Shown: piece by piece, positions 19,036-28,545 of the stretch | Layout of the letters: each line of letters begins with the position of its first letter | How positions within the stretch are numbered: the first letter of the stretch is position 1 | DNA from: an uncultured Candidatus Saccharibacteria bacterium | GTDB taxonomy: Bacteria; Patescibacteriota; Minisyncoccia; Phycocordibacterales; UBA918 | DNA length: 64,000 bases | NCBI GenBank assembly: GCA_964593375.1 | Contig: CAZQIF010000001.1 | Location: 98,185 to 162,184, forward strand | Direction of reading: 5' to 3' | Notes under the pieces: generated by a model | Databases searched by the model: none | What the model was told of the DNA's origin: nothing | What the model saw: the letters and a program-made list of their open reading frames with translations, nothing else | Position numbers and translations under genes: made by a program

Positions 19036-19659
19036 GAAAAAATTCTCTGGGAGTTCTGTATCAAAAATTTTTGTGAGAAGGAAATGTTTCTTTTCTTCGC
19101 TTTCTTTTGCTTGACGAACGGCGTCCATACTCAGCACATACCCTAGTGCAGGAGCTCCACTCACCGAATCGTACGATTTTTCCTCTCCGATTCGAATACA
19201 GCCAAGTGACTCGTAAAATACGCGATGCTTAGGGTTAATAGCAAAACAGAGGTAATCGTGTGCACTCACGAGTCCATATTGCACCGCAAGACCAAGAAGC
19301 CCGACTGATACATCAAGAACAGCAATGTGTGGGAATTCCTTAAGTGCCAATTTATTAATTGCAAACTGACATACCTCTCCAATCCGAGCACCCGTATCTC
19401 GATACACTCCAAGTTCTTCGCGGTACATTATATCCATCGGCACACCATGCATGTCAGACACTACGGAGATTGTGCCAAACAGTTGTTCATTGTGGCGCGC
19501 AATCATCGTCGTTGCTCCTGCCCTGCCTAAATATGCGCCAATGCCTTCATTGTGCGAATCATCTGGATTACGGTATCCCTCTTTAACATACACTTCATGC
19601 ACAAGTTGTAGTGAATCTTGCAAGTCATCTTCTGTGCACGCAACACTAAATTGAACCAT
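19030..19659 (-). CDS. GNAT-fold acyltransferase resembling acyl-ACP-dependent N-acyl synthases (LuxI / FeeM-like)
   Basis: EVCQFAINK can be compared with the LuxI-family E.SRFA motif. A VYVKEGYR region lies near the N-terminus. The gene is in an operon with a carrier protein and a PPTase. The assignment is tentative. Confidence 0.45.
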   Translation of the reverse strand: MVQFSVACTEDDLQDSLQLVHEVYVKEGYRNPDDSHNEGIGAYLGRAGATTMIARHNEQLFGTISVVSDMHGVPMDIMYREELGVYRDTGARIGEVCQFAINKLALKEFPHIAVLDVSVGLLGLAVQYGLVSAHDYLCFAINPKHRVFYESLGCIRIGEEKSYDSVSGAPALGYVLSMDAVRQAKESEEKKHFLLTKIFDTELPENFFI

Positions 19660-19665
19660 AAAAAA

Positions 19666-19920
19666 TTATTCAACAATTCCGTACTTTATCCGACTCACAT
19701 ACTCAATCACGTCCCTCACCGTATGCATCTTTACCACATCCTCATACGCAGTTTCAACCTCATATGCCTTCTCAAATGCAAGCAACAATTCAAAGAGCTG
19801 AATTGAATCACGAGATAGATCAGCAATAATACTCTCCTCAGTAATAGCTGAAGCATTTGCTCCAAGCGAAGTCGCCATAAGTTCTATTACTTCTTTTGCT
19901 ATTTCACTATAATTTTTCAT
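19666..19920 (-). CDS. Acyl/peptidyl carrier protein
   Basis: An 84-aa acidic four-helix-type protein. DLSRDSIQLFELL is a DSL-like phosphopantetheine attachment motif. Confidence 0.65.
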   Translation of the reverse strand: MKNYSEIAKEVIELMATSLGANASAITEESIIADLSRDSIQLFELLLAFEKAYEVETAYEDVVKMHTVRDVIEYVSRIKYGIVE

Positions 19921-20633
19921 AACACCATATTAACGAGCATGTACACGTTTTTGTATACCGCCCAGTGCACTGTTGCATTCACTCGTTCTCCTGCAATAGT
20001 GATGGTGACGTTACCATTTTCAAGATTAACCATTGTTTCTACAGTGCGTGGGTGTGTCTTAAGACCCGTACCAATAGCTTTAAGATACGCTTCCTTAAGA
20101 CTCCACCTGAGCGTTGCATCAACTTTTTGCACCGCTGGTGAAAGCGCATTATGCGTATCAATTTCATGCTGAGTCATAAATCCCTTTAGAGTTTCAGGAC
20201 GAAAATTGCGTACTCGTTCGATGTCGATACCAATACCACTCCATTCACCACGTGGCACTGCATTCGCCGCTGCAAATTCATCACAATGACTGAGCGTAAG
20301 GAGTACTCCGCTCGCGTCAAAACCTGCTTGCGTATCAAGGAGCCTACCACTTGGCGGCACTCCCTGACCTGACGCAATTTCAATACGCTCGAGCGGAATC
20401 TGCACAAACTGTGTTCTATCAAAGTGGTCGTGAAGCGCACGCTTTGCTGCAAGTCTTCCAAAAAGCCAGTCACGTTGCTTTGCGAGCGGAATGCGCTTAT
20501 ACATTTCACGCTCCGTTTCGGTACATACCGCAAATGCGCTTCGTTCATCCTCAAGTTCTTTATCAACAATTACGAGGCCAAGTGTTGAGGGTTCTGTCTT
20601 TGAGAGCATGTGCTTGTATGTCGTATATATCAT
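19917..20633 (-). CDS. 4'-phosphopantetheinyl transferase (Sfp/EntD type)
   Basis: GIDIE and WSLKEAYLKAIG motifs are present. The stop overlaps the carrier-protein start. Confidence 0.8.
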   Translation of the reverse strand: MIYTTYKHMLSKTEPSTLGLVIVDKELEDERSAFAVCTETEREMYKRIPLAKQRDWLFGRLAAKRALHDHFDRTQFVQIPLERIEIASGQGVPPSGRLLDTQAGFDASGVLLTLSHCDEFAAANAVPRGEWSGIGIDIERVRNFRPETLKGFMTQHEIDTHNALSPAVQKVDATLRWSLKEAYLKAIGTGLKTHPRTVETMVNLENGNVTITIAGERVNATVHWAVYKNVYMLVNMVL

Positions 20634-20845
20634 AGGAAGTATTTAAAATGCATAAACGAGACAATTAAAAATACACCGCTGTCGTGTATGGCCTCTATAA
20701 TACCAGAAACAACACACAACACTAAATTTTTTGATTAAGCTTTGAAGTATCAATTTAAAACACAATAACCTATATATTGTCAAAATGAACTGGTCTGGAA
20801 TTAAACAAAATCAGGCATATACCATATAATTACATAATTACTCAT

Positions 20846-21487
20846 ATGCACACCCCACCAAAAAAGCATATCCCCCTGCTCCGTTTTAAGGTTTTAGATA
20901 TCCTTTATGATCCCCTTCTTTTTGTATCGGGATTGGGTAAAGGATTTAAATCAAGAATTACTAATCTTGCGAAATTAAACGACGAACCGGCCACCATCGT
21001 TGACGTCGGGTGTGGTACAGGAACGCAACTACTGATTCTGAGAGAAAAATATCCACAAGCGAAGATTTGGGGTATTGATCCAGATTTTTCATTGATTTCA
21101 AAACTTCAGTCTTCACGAGCATTTGCAACTAAAGATATTTCATTCAATTGCGCACATGCTGAATCATTGCCGTTTGAGGAAAGTTCTATTGATGTTTGTT
21201 TTTCAACCTTGGCATTCCATCATATGAGCACCCATTCAAAACAAGAAGCATTTCGTGAAATATATCGAATTCTCAAACCCGATGGCGCTCTTGTGCTTAC
21301 TGACTGGGGTGTGTCGAGATTCCCTTTTCTTCGCTTCCTTCTCATTTTTGAGAAACAGGAGTTTCTTAATGACCACATCGTTGGACTTATACCGCACTAC
21401 GCAGAACATGCAGGGTTCACACAAATTTCTGAAACTCGTGTAAAATTTTCTGGTATCTGGACATGGGTTTTTAAAAAAAAGCTATGA
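20846..21487 (+). CDS. Class I SAM-dependent methyltransferase (Methyltransf_11-like)
   Basis: The VDVGCGTG motif is followed by a typical Rossmann-fold body. Confidence 0.8.
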   Translation: MHTPPKKHIPLLRFKVLDILYDPLLFVSGLGKGFKSRITNLAKLNDEPATIVDVGCGTGTQLLILREKYPQAKIWGIDPDFSLISKLQSSRAFATKDISFNCAHAESLPFEESSIDVCFSTLAFHHMSTHSKQEAFREIYRILKPDGALVLTDWGVSRFPFLRFLLIFEKQEFLNDHIVGLIPHYAEHAGFTQISETRVKFSGIWTWVFKKKL

Positions 21488-22227
21488 GCATGACTGCTTT
21501 ATTTCTTGTTCTTGGCATTCTTGTACTGTGTGTGGTTTGCTATGAAGCGATACGTATCGGTATCCATGCACGCAAGGCAGTTCTCGCAGGTAAGCGTGCG
21601 GTTCCCGTTTCAAAAGCACATGCAAGCCCCCACAAAAGTGTGCTCGTGATTGGAGATAGTACCTCATTTGGAACTGGTGCGCGTGAGGCAAAAAACTCTC
21701 TTGTTGGACGACTTGCGCAAGATTATCCCAATATTGCAATCACCAACGCCTCACGAAACGCAATGAACGTGCGTGAATTAAAACACACGTTGTCGAACAT
21801 ACGTGAAAATCATTTTGATATTATCATGATGCACATTGGTGGTGTTGATACGCTTTCCTTTACCTCCTCAGCACAAATTACTCATCACTTTAAGGAAATT
21901 GCTGAACATACTGTTGCGATGGGAGCGGAAGCTGTTATCCTCGTTTCTGTGAACAATGTTGGTACTGCACCATTTATCCGATTTCCTCTCAGTACACTTT
22001 TTGATTGGAGAAGCAGGAAGATGACTGAGCTTTTTAGCAAACTTTCTAACACGCACAATATGCATCATGTTCCCCTCTATGAAAAACGAGAAGATGACCC
22101 GCTTGGAAAGGAACCTGAGATATTATTCTCAGACGACAAAATTCACCCAAACGATGCTGGGTATGCAGTGTGGTATCGTATGATACAGAATGCTGTCGAC
22201 CCCTATCTATCATGCACGAATATGTAA
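21484..22227 (+). CDS. SGNH/GDSL hydrolase, membrane-anchored (paralog 1)
   Basis: An N-terminal TM segment, block I VLVIGDSTSFG and block V DKIHPNDAGY. Confidence 0.75.
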   Translation: MSMTALFLVLGILVLCVVCYEAIRIGIHARKAVLAGKRAVPVSKAHASPHKSVLVIGDSTSFGTGAREAKNSLVGRLAQDYPNIAITNASRNAMNVRELKHTLSNIRENHFDIIMMHIGGVDTLSFTSSAQITHHFKEIAEHTVAMGAEAVILVSVNNVGTAPFIRFPLSTLFDWRSRKMTELFSKLSNTHNMHHVPLYEKREDDPLGKEPEILFSDDKIHPNDAGYAVWYRMIQNAVDPYLSCTNM

Positions 22228-23039
22228 CCCTACTCATCACGTCGCTCCCCCCTCTCGATTCCTCGAGTGCAGTATTTTACGTTACAAACGTATTGATATT
22301 CATTGTAGTACTGAGGACGCTCATCATGATTCTCCACCTTCTCCTCAATAAACAGCTTGCGTTTTCAAGTAAGCCATATACGTCGACGAACGAACAGGCA
22401 AAAAAAATACTCATTCTCGGTGATAGTACTGCAGTAGGAACCGGTGCACATGCTCCCGAAGAAACTATAGCTGGGAGACTTGCGCACGATTTTCCAAATG
22501 CTCAAATTGTGAACGTAGCACAAAACGGGGGTATTATTAAAGACCTCACGAAGCAAATTGAAAAAGTTTCAGGCCAAACATTTGACATCATCATCATAAG
22601 TGCAGGAGGAAATGATGTGTGGCATTTTTCTCGACTCAAAACAATTCGCACACACCTCACGGGAGTCTTTTTACAGGCACTTACAATGAGCAATCATCGT
22701 GTCATTTTTCTTCATTACAATAGTATTGGTTCTGCACCACTCTTCCCTTTTCTCATTCAGTTCTTCCTCAAAATCGAGGAGAAGCGAATTTATAAAACCA
22801 TTCATGCAGTTGCATCAGAATTACAAGTGCCTATCATCAACCTTTTTACGGAGGAGACTGATAACCCATTTTTAAAGAATCCGAAGCATCTTTTTGCACG
22901 CGATGGTATTCATCCGAGTTCACGTGGATACGAAGTCTGGTACCACCGTATGTGGCTCGAAATGGTGCGAAATGGATACTACTCTTCAGAGAATAACAAA
23001 ATACCCAAAGATTTGTCTTCCCCGGTTCAAAACTATTAG
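22212..23039 (+). CDS. SGNH/GDSL hydrolase, membrane-anchored (paralog 2)
   Basis: ILILGDSTAVGTG and ARDGIHPSSRGY motifs are present. The ATG at 22212 overlaps the upstream stop, and the ORF is open from 22170. Confidence 0.7.
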   Translation: MHEYVTLLITSLPPLDSSSAVFYVTNVLIFIVVLRTLIMILHLLLNKQLAFSSKPYTSTNEQAKKILILGDSTAVGTGAHAPEETIAGRLAHDFPNAQIVNVAQNGGIIKDLTKQIEKVSGQTFDIIIISAGGNDVWHFSRLKTIRTHLTGVFLQALTMSNHRVIFLHYNSIGSAPLFPFLIQFFLKIEEKRIYKTIHAVASELQVPIINLFTEETDNPFLKNPKHLFARDGIHPSSRGYEVWYHRMWLEMVRNGYYSSENNKIPKDLSSPVQNY

Positions 23040-23041
23040 TA

Positions 23042-23908
23042 CTAGTCTTTTACCAAAAATCGAGCAAGTCGTATTTTGATTTGTTGGAGTGGATTTCTGT
23101 TTCCAAACGACATGCGGCCGAGCACGTATCGGTCGCGCATCACATCAAACTGGTGATAATACGGCACTGCATGAATCGTTCCTCTTTTGAGTAAAATTTT
23201 TAGTGCTTGAATTGCTACAACTCCCGCACAAAGATTAATAGCGCCAATCGAAGATGGGCCACGTTTCTCATTAAGATTTGTCCCTTTTAGGTAGCTCCGT
23301 TGAAGCATTTTTGGAAGAAGACCCACAAAAAAGGCAATGAGCTTTTCGTGGTATGACATCGAATCTTTTACGGCAAAGTAATCGTCAAAGTTTGGCCCTC
23401 CCGGCATAAAAATAAGAAACGCCGTACCAAACCCAATTGGTCCCGCAGTGACAACAGGGATATATCGCTTCAGCGATTCATTGTAGAGCATACGACGTGC
23501 GTCAACTTCAAATGCATCGAGTGCATCGACGGTAAGATGGGCATCGTGAAGAAATATATCAATATTTTCAGGGGTAATGCCCGAGTTAAATATTTCAATT
23601 TGGCAGTTTGGGTTGATTTTGAGTGCTTCCTCCTTCATTACGTGGACTTTTTCTTGCCCGAGCGTGTTCATGTTTGCTCCGTATTGTCGGTTGAAATTTT
23701 TAAGCTCAAAGACATCCAAGTCTGCAACTTTGAATTTTTCAAATCCTTGCCGTACAAGCGAAATGAGATGCGCTCCGCCGACACCACCCATACCCGGAAT
23801 TGCAATGGTAAACTCGCGGAGCTTTGCCTGCTCATCAGTTGAAAGAAGACCGATATTGCGAGAAAATGCCTCTGAATAATTAAATGGTGTTGTAGAAAGA
23901 TTAGTCAT
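23042..23908 (-). CDS. ThiF/MoeB/HesA (E1-like) family adenylyltransferase
   Basis: GMGGVGGAHL is a nucleotide-binding loop on a Rossmann-type body. There is no clear C-terminal rhodanese domain or Cys motif. Confidence 0.8.
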   Translation of the reverse strand: MTNLSTTPFNYSEAFSRNIGLLSTDEQAKLREFTIAIPGMGGVGGAHLISLVRQGFEKFKVADLDVFELKNFNRQYGANMNTLGQEKVHVMKEEALKINPNCQIEIFNSGITPENIDIFLHDAHLTVDALDAFEVDARRMLYNESLKRYIPVVTAGPIGFGTAFLIFMPGGPNFDDYFAVKDSMSYHEKLIAFFVGLLPKMLQRSYLKGTNLNEKRGPSSIGAINLCAGVVAIQALKILLKRGTIHAVPYYHQFDVMRDRYVLGRMSFGNRNPLQQIKIRLARFLVKD

Positions 23909-23917
23909 GAGGTCTTG

Positions 23918-24994
23918 TTAAGAATAGGTAATGTCTGGTTCTTTGCGGAGAGATGGAATTCGGCGCCCGGTACCAACCCCAATGCGGAACATGCACATAA
24001 GTTTTTCATTAGAGCCAACAGCGAATTTTTCATATAATGATTTTGTGCTTTTCTTAAGAAGAGTTTTTTGAGGTAGTGTGAATGCTGATGGATCCTCTTC
24101 AACATGTTCATTAAGTAGAAGGGTTGCAAAGGTTGGCTGCACGCTAAGTCCTTGCCTTGTTGCAACGAGCCACATGCGCTCTAAAATCCTCCCCGCGTGT
24201 ACACATTCAGTATGGGTACTGCTCGGAAGGATAATGCCACAGTATGCACCGGCTTGTGTGTACCTTAGTGACTCCACCAAAGCAGCGATATGTTGAATGC
24301 CGAGCGTTCCTAAAACACTTACAATCTTCCACTTGCGGAGCACGAATCGAAATAGTATGAATTTACAGAAATTGAGTTCCAGTGTTCGAACATCAAGTCC
24401 ATCTTCGGTGGTGTGCACTTCATGCGGTGTCCACCTCAGTGCTGCGAAGAATTCCTCATGGAGTTTTTGGTGTGAAAAAAGAAGCTGAACTTGTGTCATA
24501 ACAAGGTGCGCAATTTCGCGAATTGTTTTCTTATTTTCGATGAAAACAACACGCCCACTAAGCCTAAGAGTTGATGGTATTTGAGAAAGCTCATCTTTTT
24601 GTGTCAGTGAAAGAGGTTCCTTGAGATAGGGACCTCGATCTGTAATGCGGTCATACATGTACCGGTACAGATTCACACCTCGATCAACCGGGTCATACAT
24701 GAGTGTAATGGTTGCGGTATGTTTTGGGTCTTTTTTTGCTGGAAATAAAACAACTTTTGCATCATATCCAAAGTGGTCTGCTGCAATGAGCATGTTTTCA
24801 ATCACACAACCATGTGTGATGTGCTCAACAAAAGATGACCCTACAAGGATGTTTTTAGATTGTTTTTGCCCAGTTGAAAAAATTTTTACGGTGTTCCGTC
24901 TTACGACAAAACGCCATGGCTGTGTATTGTCACCCGAAGGTGCTGAGACACCTGCGCGGATAATTTCTCTAATGTCATCACGAAGCTTGCTCAT
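23918..24994 (-). CDS. Two-domain nitroreductase-family (SagB-type-like) oxidoreductase
   Basis: The N-terminus SAPSGDNTQPWRFVV is the canonical nitroreductase motif. At 358 aa it is consistent with a two-domain architecture. Confidence 0.75.
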   Translation of the reverse strand: MSKLRDDIREIIRAGVSAPSGDNTQPWRFVVRRNTVKIFSTGQKQSKNILVGSSFVEHITHGCVIENMLIAADHFGYDAKVVLFPAKKDPKHTATITLMYDPVDRGVNLYRYMYDRITDRGPYLKEPLSLTQKDELSQIPSTLRLSGRVVFIENKKTIREIAHLVMTQVQLLFSHQKLHEEFFAALRWTPHEVHTTEDGLDVRTLELNFCKFILFRFVLRKWKIVSVLGTLGIQHIAALVESLRYTQAGAYCGIILPSSTHTECVHAGRILERMWLVATRQGLSVQPTFATLLLNEHVEEDPSAFTLPQKTLLKKSTKSLYEKFAVGSNEKLMCMFRIGVGTGRRIPSLRKEPDITYS

Positions 24995-25053
24995 AGAAAA
25001 TACTCTTATCTATAGAATACCATGAGCACAGAGACGAAATTCAAGATATGCAT

Positions 25054-25488
25054 TCATATTCCTTTGCAGTTGCCTGCTGGGGTATATCCCGCCTTTTCAG
25101 CTTCTGCCTTTGAGTTGAACCATACTTTGTTTTCTTCTTTAATTTGCTTTGCTCCAACACACCACGGGAGGTGGTATTTGGTGCCGTTTTTGGATGCGAC
25201 ATACTGTGCATCTGCTACAACAGGTACACCAGACTTTTCAATATTCTTGGTAGTCGTTGCCTCATTTGTACCCTCATTAAAAACGTCCGTTACTTGAGAC
25301 AGAGGAATAGAAGCAGTGGTTTCATTTGTACTGTTTTTTGGCCCAAAATCGGCCACAGAGGCCCTCCCAAGGCCAAAAGATGCAACTCCAACGAGTACGA
25401 GCAAAATGGCCAAAAAAACGTCTTTGTCTGCAAAAAACCGCTTGATATTTATGATTATCTCTTGTATACTCACGCGGTCATTATACAC
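25054..25488 (-). CDS. Membrane-anchored protein with a C-terminal Cys-containing domain (YHLPWC...[10 protein letters not shown])
   Basis: A TM anchor, a Thr/Asn-rich linker and a conserved-looking Cys/His C-terminal module. Confidence 0.4.
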   Translation of the reverse strand: MYNDRVSIQEIIINIKRFFADKDVFLAILLVLVGVASFGLGRASVADFGPKNSTNETTASIPLSQVTDVFNEGTNEATTTKNIEKSGVPVVADAQYVASKNGTKYHLPWCVGAKQIKEENKVWFNSKAEAEKAGYTPAGNCKGI

Positions 25489-25535
25489 GAGCTCAAGCGG
25501 ATTTTACGAGTGGGCTAACAGCAAAAATAGTAACC

Positions 25536-25814
25536 ATGGCAACCAAAAAAGCTGGAGGTTCAGCTAAAAACCTACGAGACTCAAACCCAAAATACTTGGG
25601 TGTTAAGCGATCTGATGGTCAGACGGTTAAACTCGGTGAAATCATTGTGCGACAACGGGGTACAAAAATTAAGCCTGGAAAAAACGTATCTGCAGGAGTT
25701 GACCATACACTCTATGCTGCTAAGGCTGGAAAGGTATCTTTCAAGAACGTTAAGAAACTCGGCTTTGATGGAGAAACAAAGATGAAGAAGATTGTACACG
25801 TAGTAACCAAGTAA
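25536..25814 (+). CDS. rpmA: 50S ribosomal protein L27
   Basis: [23 protein letters not shown]...[10 protein letters not shown] matches L27. Confidence 0.95.
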   Translation: MATKKAGGSAKNLRDSNPKYLGVKRSDGQTVKLGEIIVRQRGTKIKPGKNVSAGVDHTLYAAKAGKVSFKNVKKLGFDGETKMKKIVHVVTK

Positions 25815-25827
25815 CTATCTCAGTTAG

Positions 25828-25866
25828 AAAACCGCCCGCATGACTTCGTCATGCGGGCGGTTTTCG
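25828..25866. terminator. Bidirectional intrinsic terminator aaaaccgcccgcatgac..gtcatgcgggcggtttt
   Basis: A perfect stem flanked by A and T runs, placed between convergent genes. Confidence 0.8.
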
Positions 25867-25884
25867 TTTTCATTTCGCTCGTTA

Positions 25885-26586
25885 CTATTGTGCACTAATG
25901 GTCACTGAATTAACGATGACTGGGTCTACAGGAACATCGCGCTCTCCCGTAGAAACTGTATTAATTGCATCTACGATATCCATTCCGTCGATAACACGAC
26001 CAAATACAGGGTGTCGTGAACTAAATGGTTCTTTGTCAAAATCGAGGAAAGTATTGTCTTTTGTGTTGATGAAGAATTGGCTCCCTCCTGAGTTTGGCTG
26101 ACCGGTATTTGCCATTGCGATGGTACCACGGGTATTTGTGAGGAGAGGACCTGCAATAAACTCATCTTGAATGGTGTACCCTGGACCACCTGTTCCATAG
26201 GTAGTGCTGTCACTTCCCTTGGAATTTGGGTCACCACCCTGAATCATAAAATCACTAATGACTCGATGGAATTTAGTACCATTATAAAATCCTTCTTCGG
26301 CAAGTTTAATGAAGTTACCTGTGGTAATCGGCATTTGGTCCTCAAAGAGTTCGAGTTTGATTGGTCCTTTGTTTGTGTCGAATATTGCAACTCTGTTCAT
26401 GGTATTTGATATGATTGGATTATTAATTTCGAGCTCCTCGGGAGCGAGTGGTCCATCAAGTTTTTCTGAATCTATCAAAAGCGCTGGGGTTGATTCAACC
26501 TGCTTTGAATGTGTCCAAAACCCAATAGCACCAAGGATGAGAACTGAAACACCGATGATGGTAAGTACTTGTTTAACGTTTGCCAT
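25885..26586 (-). CDS. Cyclophilin-type peptidyl-prolyl cis-trans isomerase with an N-terminal membrane anchor
   Basis: FHRVISDFMIQGGDP and GTIAMANTGQPNSGGSQFFI motifs are present. Confidence 0.9.
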   Translation of the reverse strand: MANVKQVLTIIGVSVLILGAIGFWTHSKQVESTPALLIDSEKLDGPLAPEELEINNPIISNTMNRVAIFDTNKGPIKLELFEDQMPITTGNFIKLAEEGFYNGTKFHRVISDFMIQGGDPNSKGSDSTTYGTGGPGYTIQDEFIAGPLLTNTRGTIAMANTGQPNSGGSQFFINTKDNTFLDFDKEPFSSRHPVFGRVIDGMDIVDAINTVSTGERDVPVDPVIVNSVTISAQ

Positions 26587-26594
26587 ATACGAAT

Positions 26595-27035
26595 CTATTT
26601 TTGAATTATGGTTAGTGTAAGCACCCCTTTCTTTTTACCAGAAAGTAGTGGTATTTCATGTGTACCGAGTGCCTTAAGTGGGTGAGGGAGCTCGATGCAG
26701 GCTACCGGAATGTGAATACCAAGTTCTGCGAGTCTACTACTTACATCTTCAGCCTTAACTCCACTGAAAAGGTGTCCTTGTTCATTTGCGGGTGCGGATA
26801 GCTCAACCTGAGTAGTACTGAGTGTCGCGAGTGCTTCATCAAACGATTCTTCGGTTGCCACCACGTGCTCTGCATGCTTTGACTTCCACTCGGTGAGCTT
26901 TTTTAGATTAAAAGGCGTTGCTGGCTCGGCCAATTTTCGAGGAATAAGGAAATTGAGCGCATGACCCGACGGAACCTCTTTTATCTCGCCACGCCTCCCA
27001 ATTCTGGCTACATCCTTAATTAGAATAACTTTCAT
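26595..27035 (-). CDS. rplI: 50S ribosomal protein L9
   Basis: MKVILIKDV..IG..GEI..V..G.A.NFLIP matches L9. Confidence 0.9.
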   Translation of the reverse strand: MKVILIKDVARIGRRGEIKEVPSGHALNFLIPRKLAEPATPFNLKKLTEWKSKHAEHVVATEESFDEALATLSTTQVELSAPANEQGHLFSGVKAEDVSSRLAELGIHIPVACIELPHPLKALGTHEIPLLSGKKKGVLTLTIIQK

Positions 27036-27142
27036 GCGTCTATGTGAATTTACCTGTTAACGTGTGTGGGTGTCATCATAGCAAAAATCTGCACGCATTC
27101 AAACACCTACTCGGGTAGGCGAATATAAAACAGTTTTGCGCT

Positions 27143-28453
27143 CTACTTGTTCAAAAACTCTATAGCGGCATCGAGCTGTGGGTCTTTGCCGTTCACCCTA
27201 TCCTCAGCAGTACGCTTGACCTCAATATTTGGAGCAAGACCGCCGTTTGAAATCGATGTGCCATCCGGAGTGAGCCAACGCGCAATAGTTACTTTGAGCG
27301 AGGAACCATTTTTTAGATTTACAAGCTCTTGCACTGAACCTTTTCCGAACGTTTGCTCACCAATAATTGTTGCTGCCTCGTGTTCTTTAAGTGCTCCCGC
27401 AAGAATTTCTGACGCAGAGGCAGAACCGCCATCAACGAGCACTACCATGCTTTCTGGAGCAAAACTCCCTAGTGTTTTTCCTGAACTTCGATACAGCGTT
27501 TCTTCCTGTCCTTCTCCGAAACTTTCACGAACAACAACCTCGCCAACTGGAAGGAAGTAACTCGCAATACCAACCGCACTCTGCAGATACCCGCCGGGGT
27601 TTCCACGCAAGTCAAGAATGAGTTTCTTCTTTCCACTTTGTACAAACTTACGAAGTGCATTCTGAATGTCTTGCTCTGCAAGTGCATTGAAACTGTAGAG
27701 TGCCACAATAAAGACGTCATCCCGCTCTTCTGTTTTGCTCGTCGGTATAGAAATATTGTCTCGAATGATAGCTATATCAATGAATTCTTCAGCATCCTTA
27801 CGCAAAAGTGTGAGCTTAACCTCAGTACCCTTCTCACCACGAATTCGTCTTACCGCCTCATCAACATTCATTTTCTCAGTTGATTCTCCGTCGATTTTCA
27901 CAATAATGTCTCCGGCAACAATCCCAGCCTTTTCTGCAGGGGTCTGGGGGAGTGGCGCAATTATCGTTATGAGTCCTTCACGCATTCCAACTTCCATTCC
28001 TACACCACTGAAATTGCCCGAAATGTCTTGTTCAAAAAGTTCCGCTTGCTGTGGTGGCATGAAGATGGTGTATGGGTCTCCGTATGATTCAGCAAGGCCT
28101 GCAATCGCGCCAAATACTCTATCTTCCTTTGAAACGGTGCTTGAGGTAGTGCCTGCAGCAAATTTTTCTTCGAGTAAATTCCATGCCTGCCAAAACTCCG
28201 AAAGATCTACCGCGACATCAACTGCAGGTGGCGCATAAAAAAGTGAACCGATATTTGCTTCAAGACGAGACTGTGAGGCACCAAAGTAGAGACCAGAGAA
28301 AAATGCCGCGGTTGCAAAAAGAACAGCAAGCACTACTCCAAGTACGGGAAATGGTGACCGCGCATCTGCTTCCTGAATGTCTAAAGTCTCAGGAATGTCT
28401 GTCTGTGGGTCCAACTGTGGCACAAAGGTGCTAAATGGGTCTGGTTGTTGCAT
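27143..28453 (-). CDS. ctpA: Carboxyl-terminal processing protease (S41, PDZ-containing)
   Basis: LDLRGNPGGYL is the S41 signature, preceded by a PDZ region. The start is taken at MQQPDPF; the ORF is open to 28534. Confidence 0.85.
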   Translation of the reverse strand: MQQPDPFSTFVPQLDPQTDIPETLDIQEADARSPFPVLGVVLAVLFATAAFFSGLYFGASQSRLEANIGSLFYAPPAVDVAVDLSEFWQAWNLLEEKFAAGTTSSTVSKEDRVFGAIAGLAESYGDPYTIFMPPQQAELFEQDISGNFSGVGMEVGMREGLITIIAPLPQTPAEKAGIVAGDIIVKIDGESTEKMNVDEAVRRIRGEKGTEVKLTLLRKDAEEFIDIAIIRDNISIPTSKTEERDDVFIVALYSFNALAEQDIQNALRKFVQSGKKKLILDLRGNPGGYLQSAVGIASYFLPVGEVVVRESFGEGQEETLYRSSGKTLGSFAPESMVVLVDGGSASASEILAGALKEHEAATIIGEQTFGKGSVQELVNLKNGSSLKVTIARWLTPDGTSISNGGLAPNIEVKRTAEDRVNGKDPQLDAAIEFLNK

Positions 28454-28545
28454 AGTTATTGTCGATTGATTATCGCACACAATCCCAAGTTTACACAAAA
28501 AATAACTTTGGTATTTAGAAGAGCATGATACCATATAGGTATCTT

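Noticed and set aside
23905-24165. 86-aa ORF overlapping the 3' end of the nitroreductase gene, considered as a possible RiPP precursor
   Set aside because: It is fully embedded in the nitroreductase coding region in another frame. It has no RBS and its sequence is not precursor-like.
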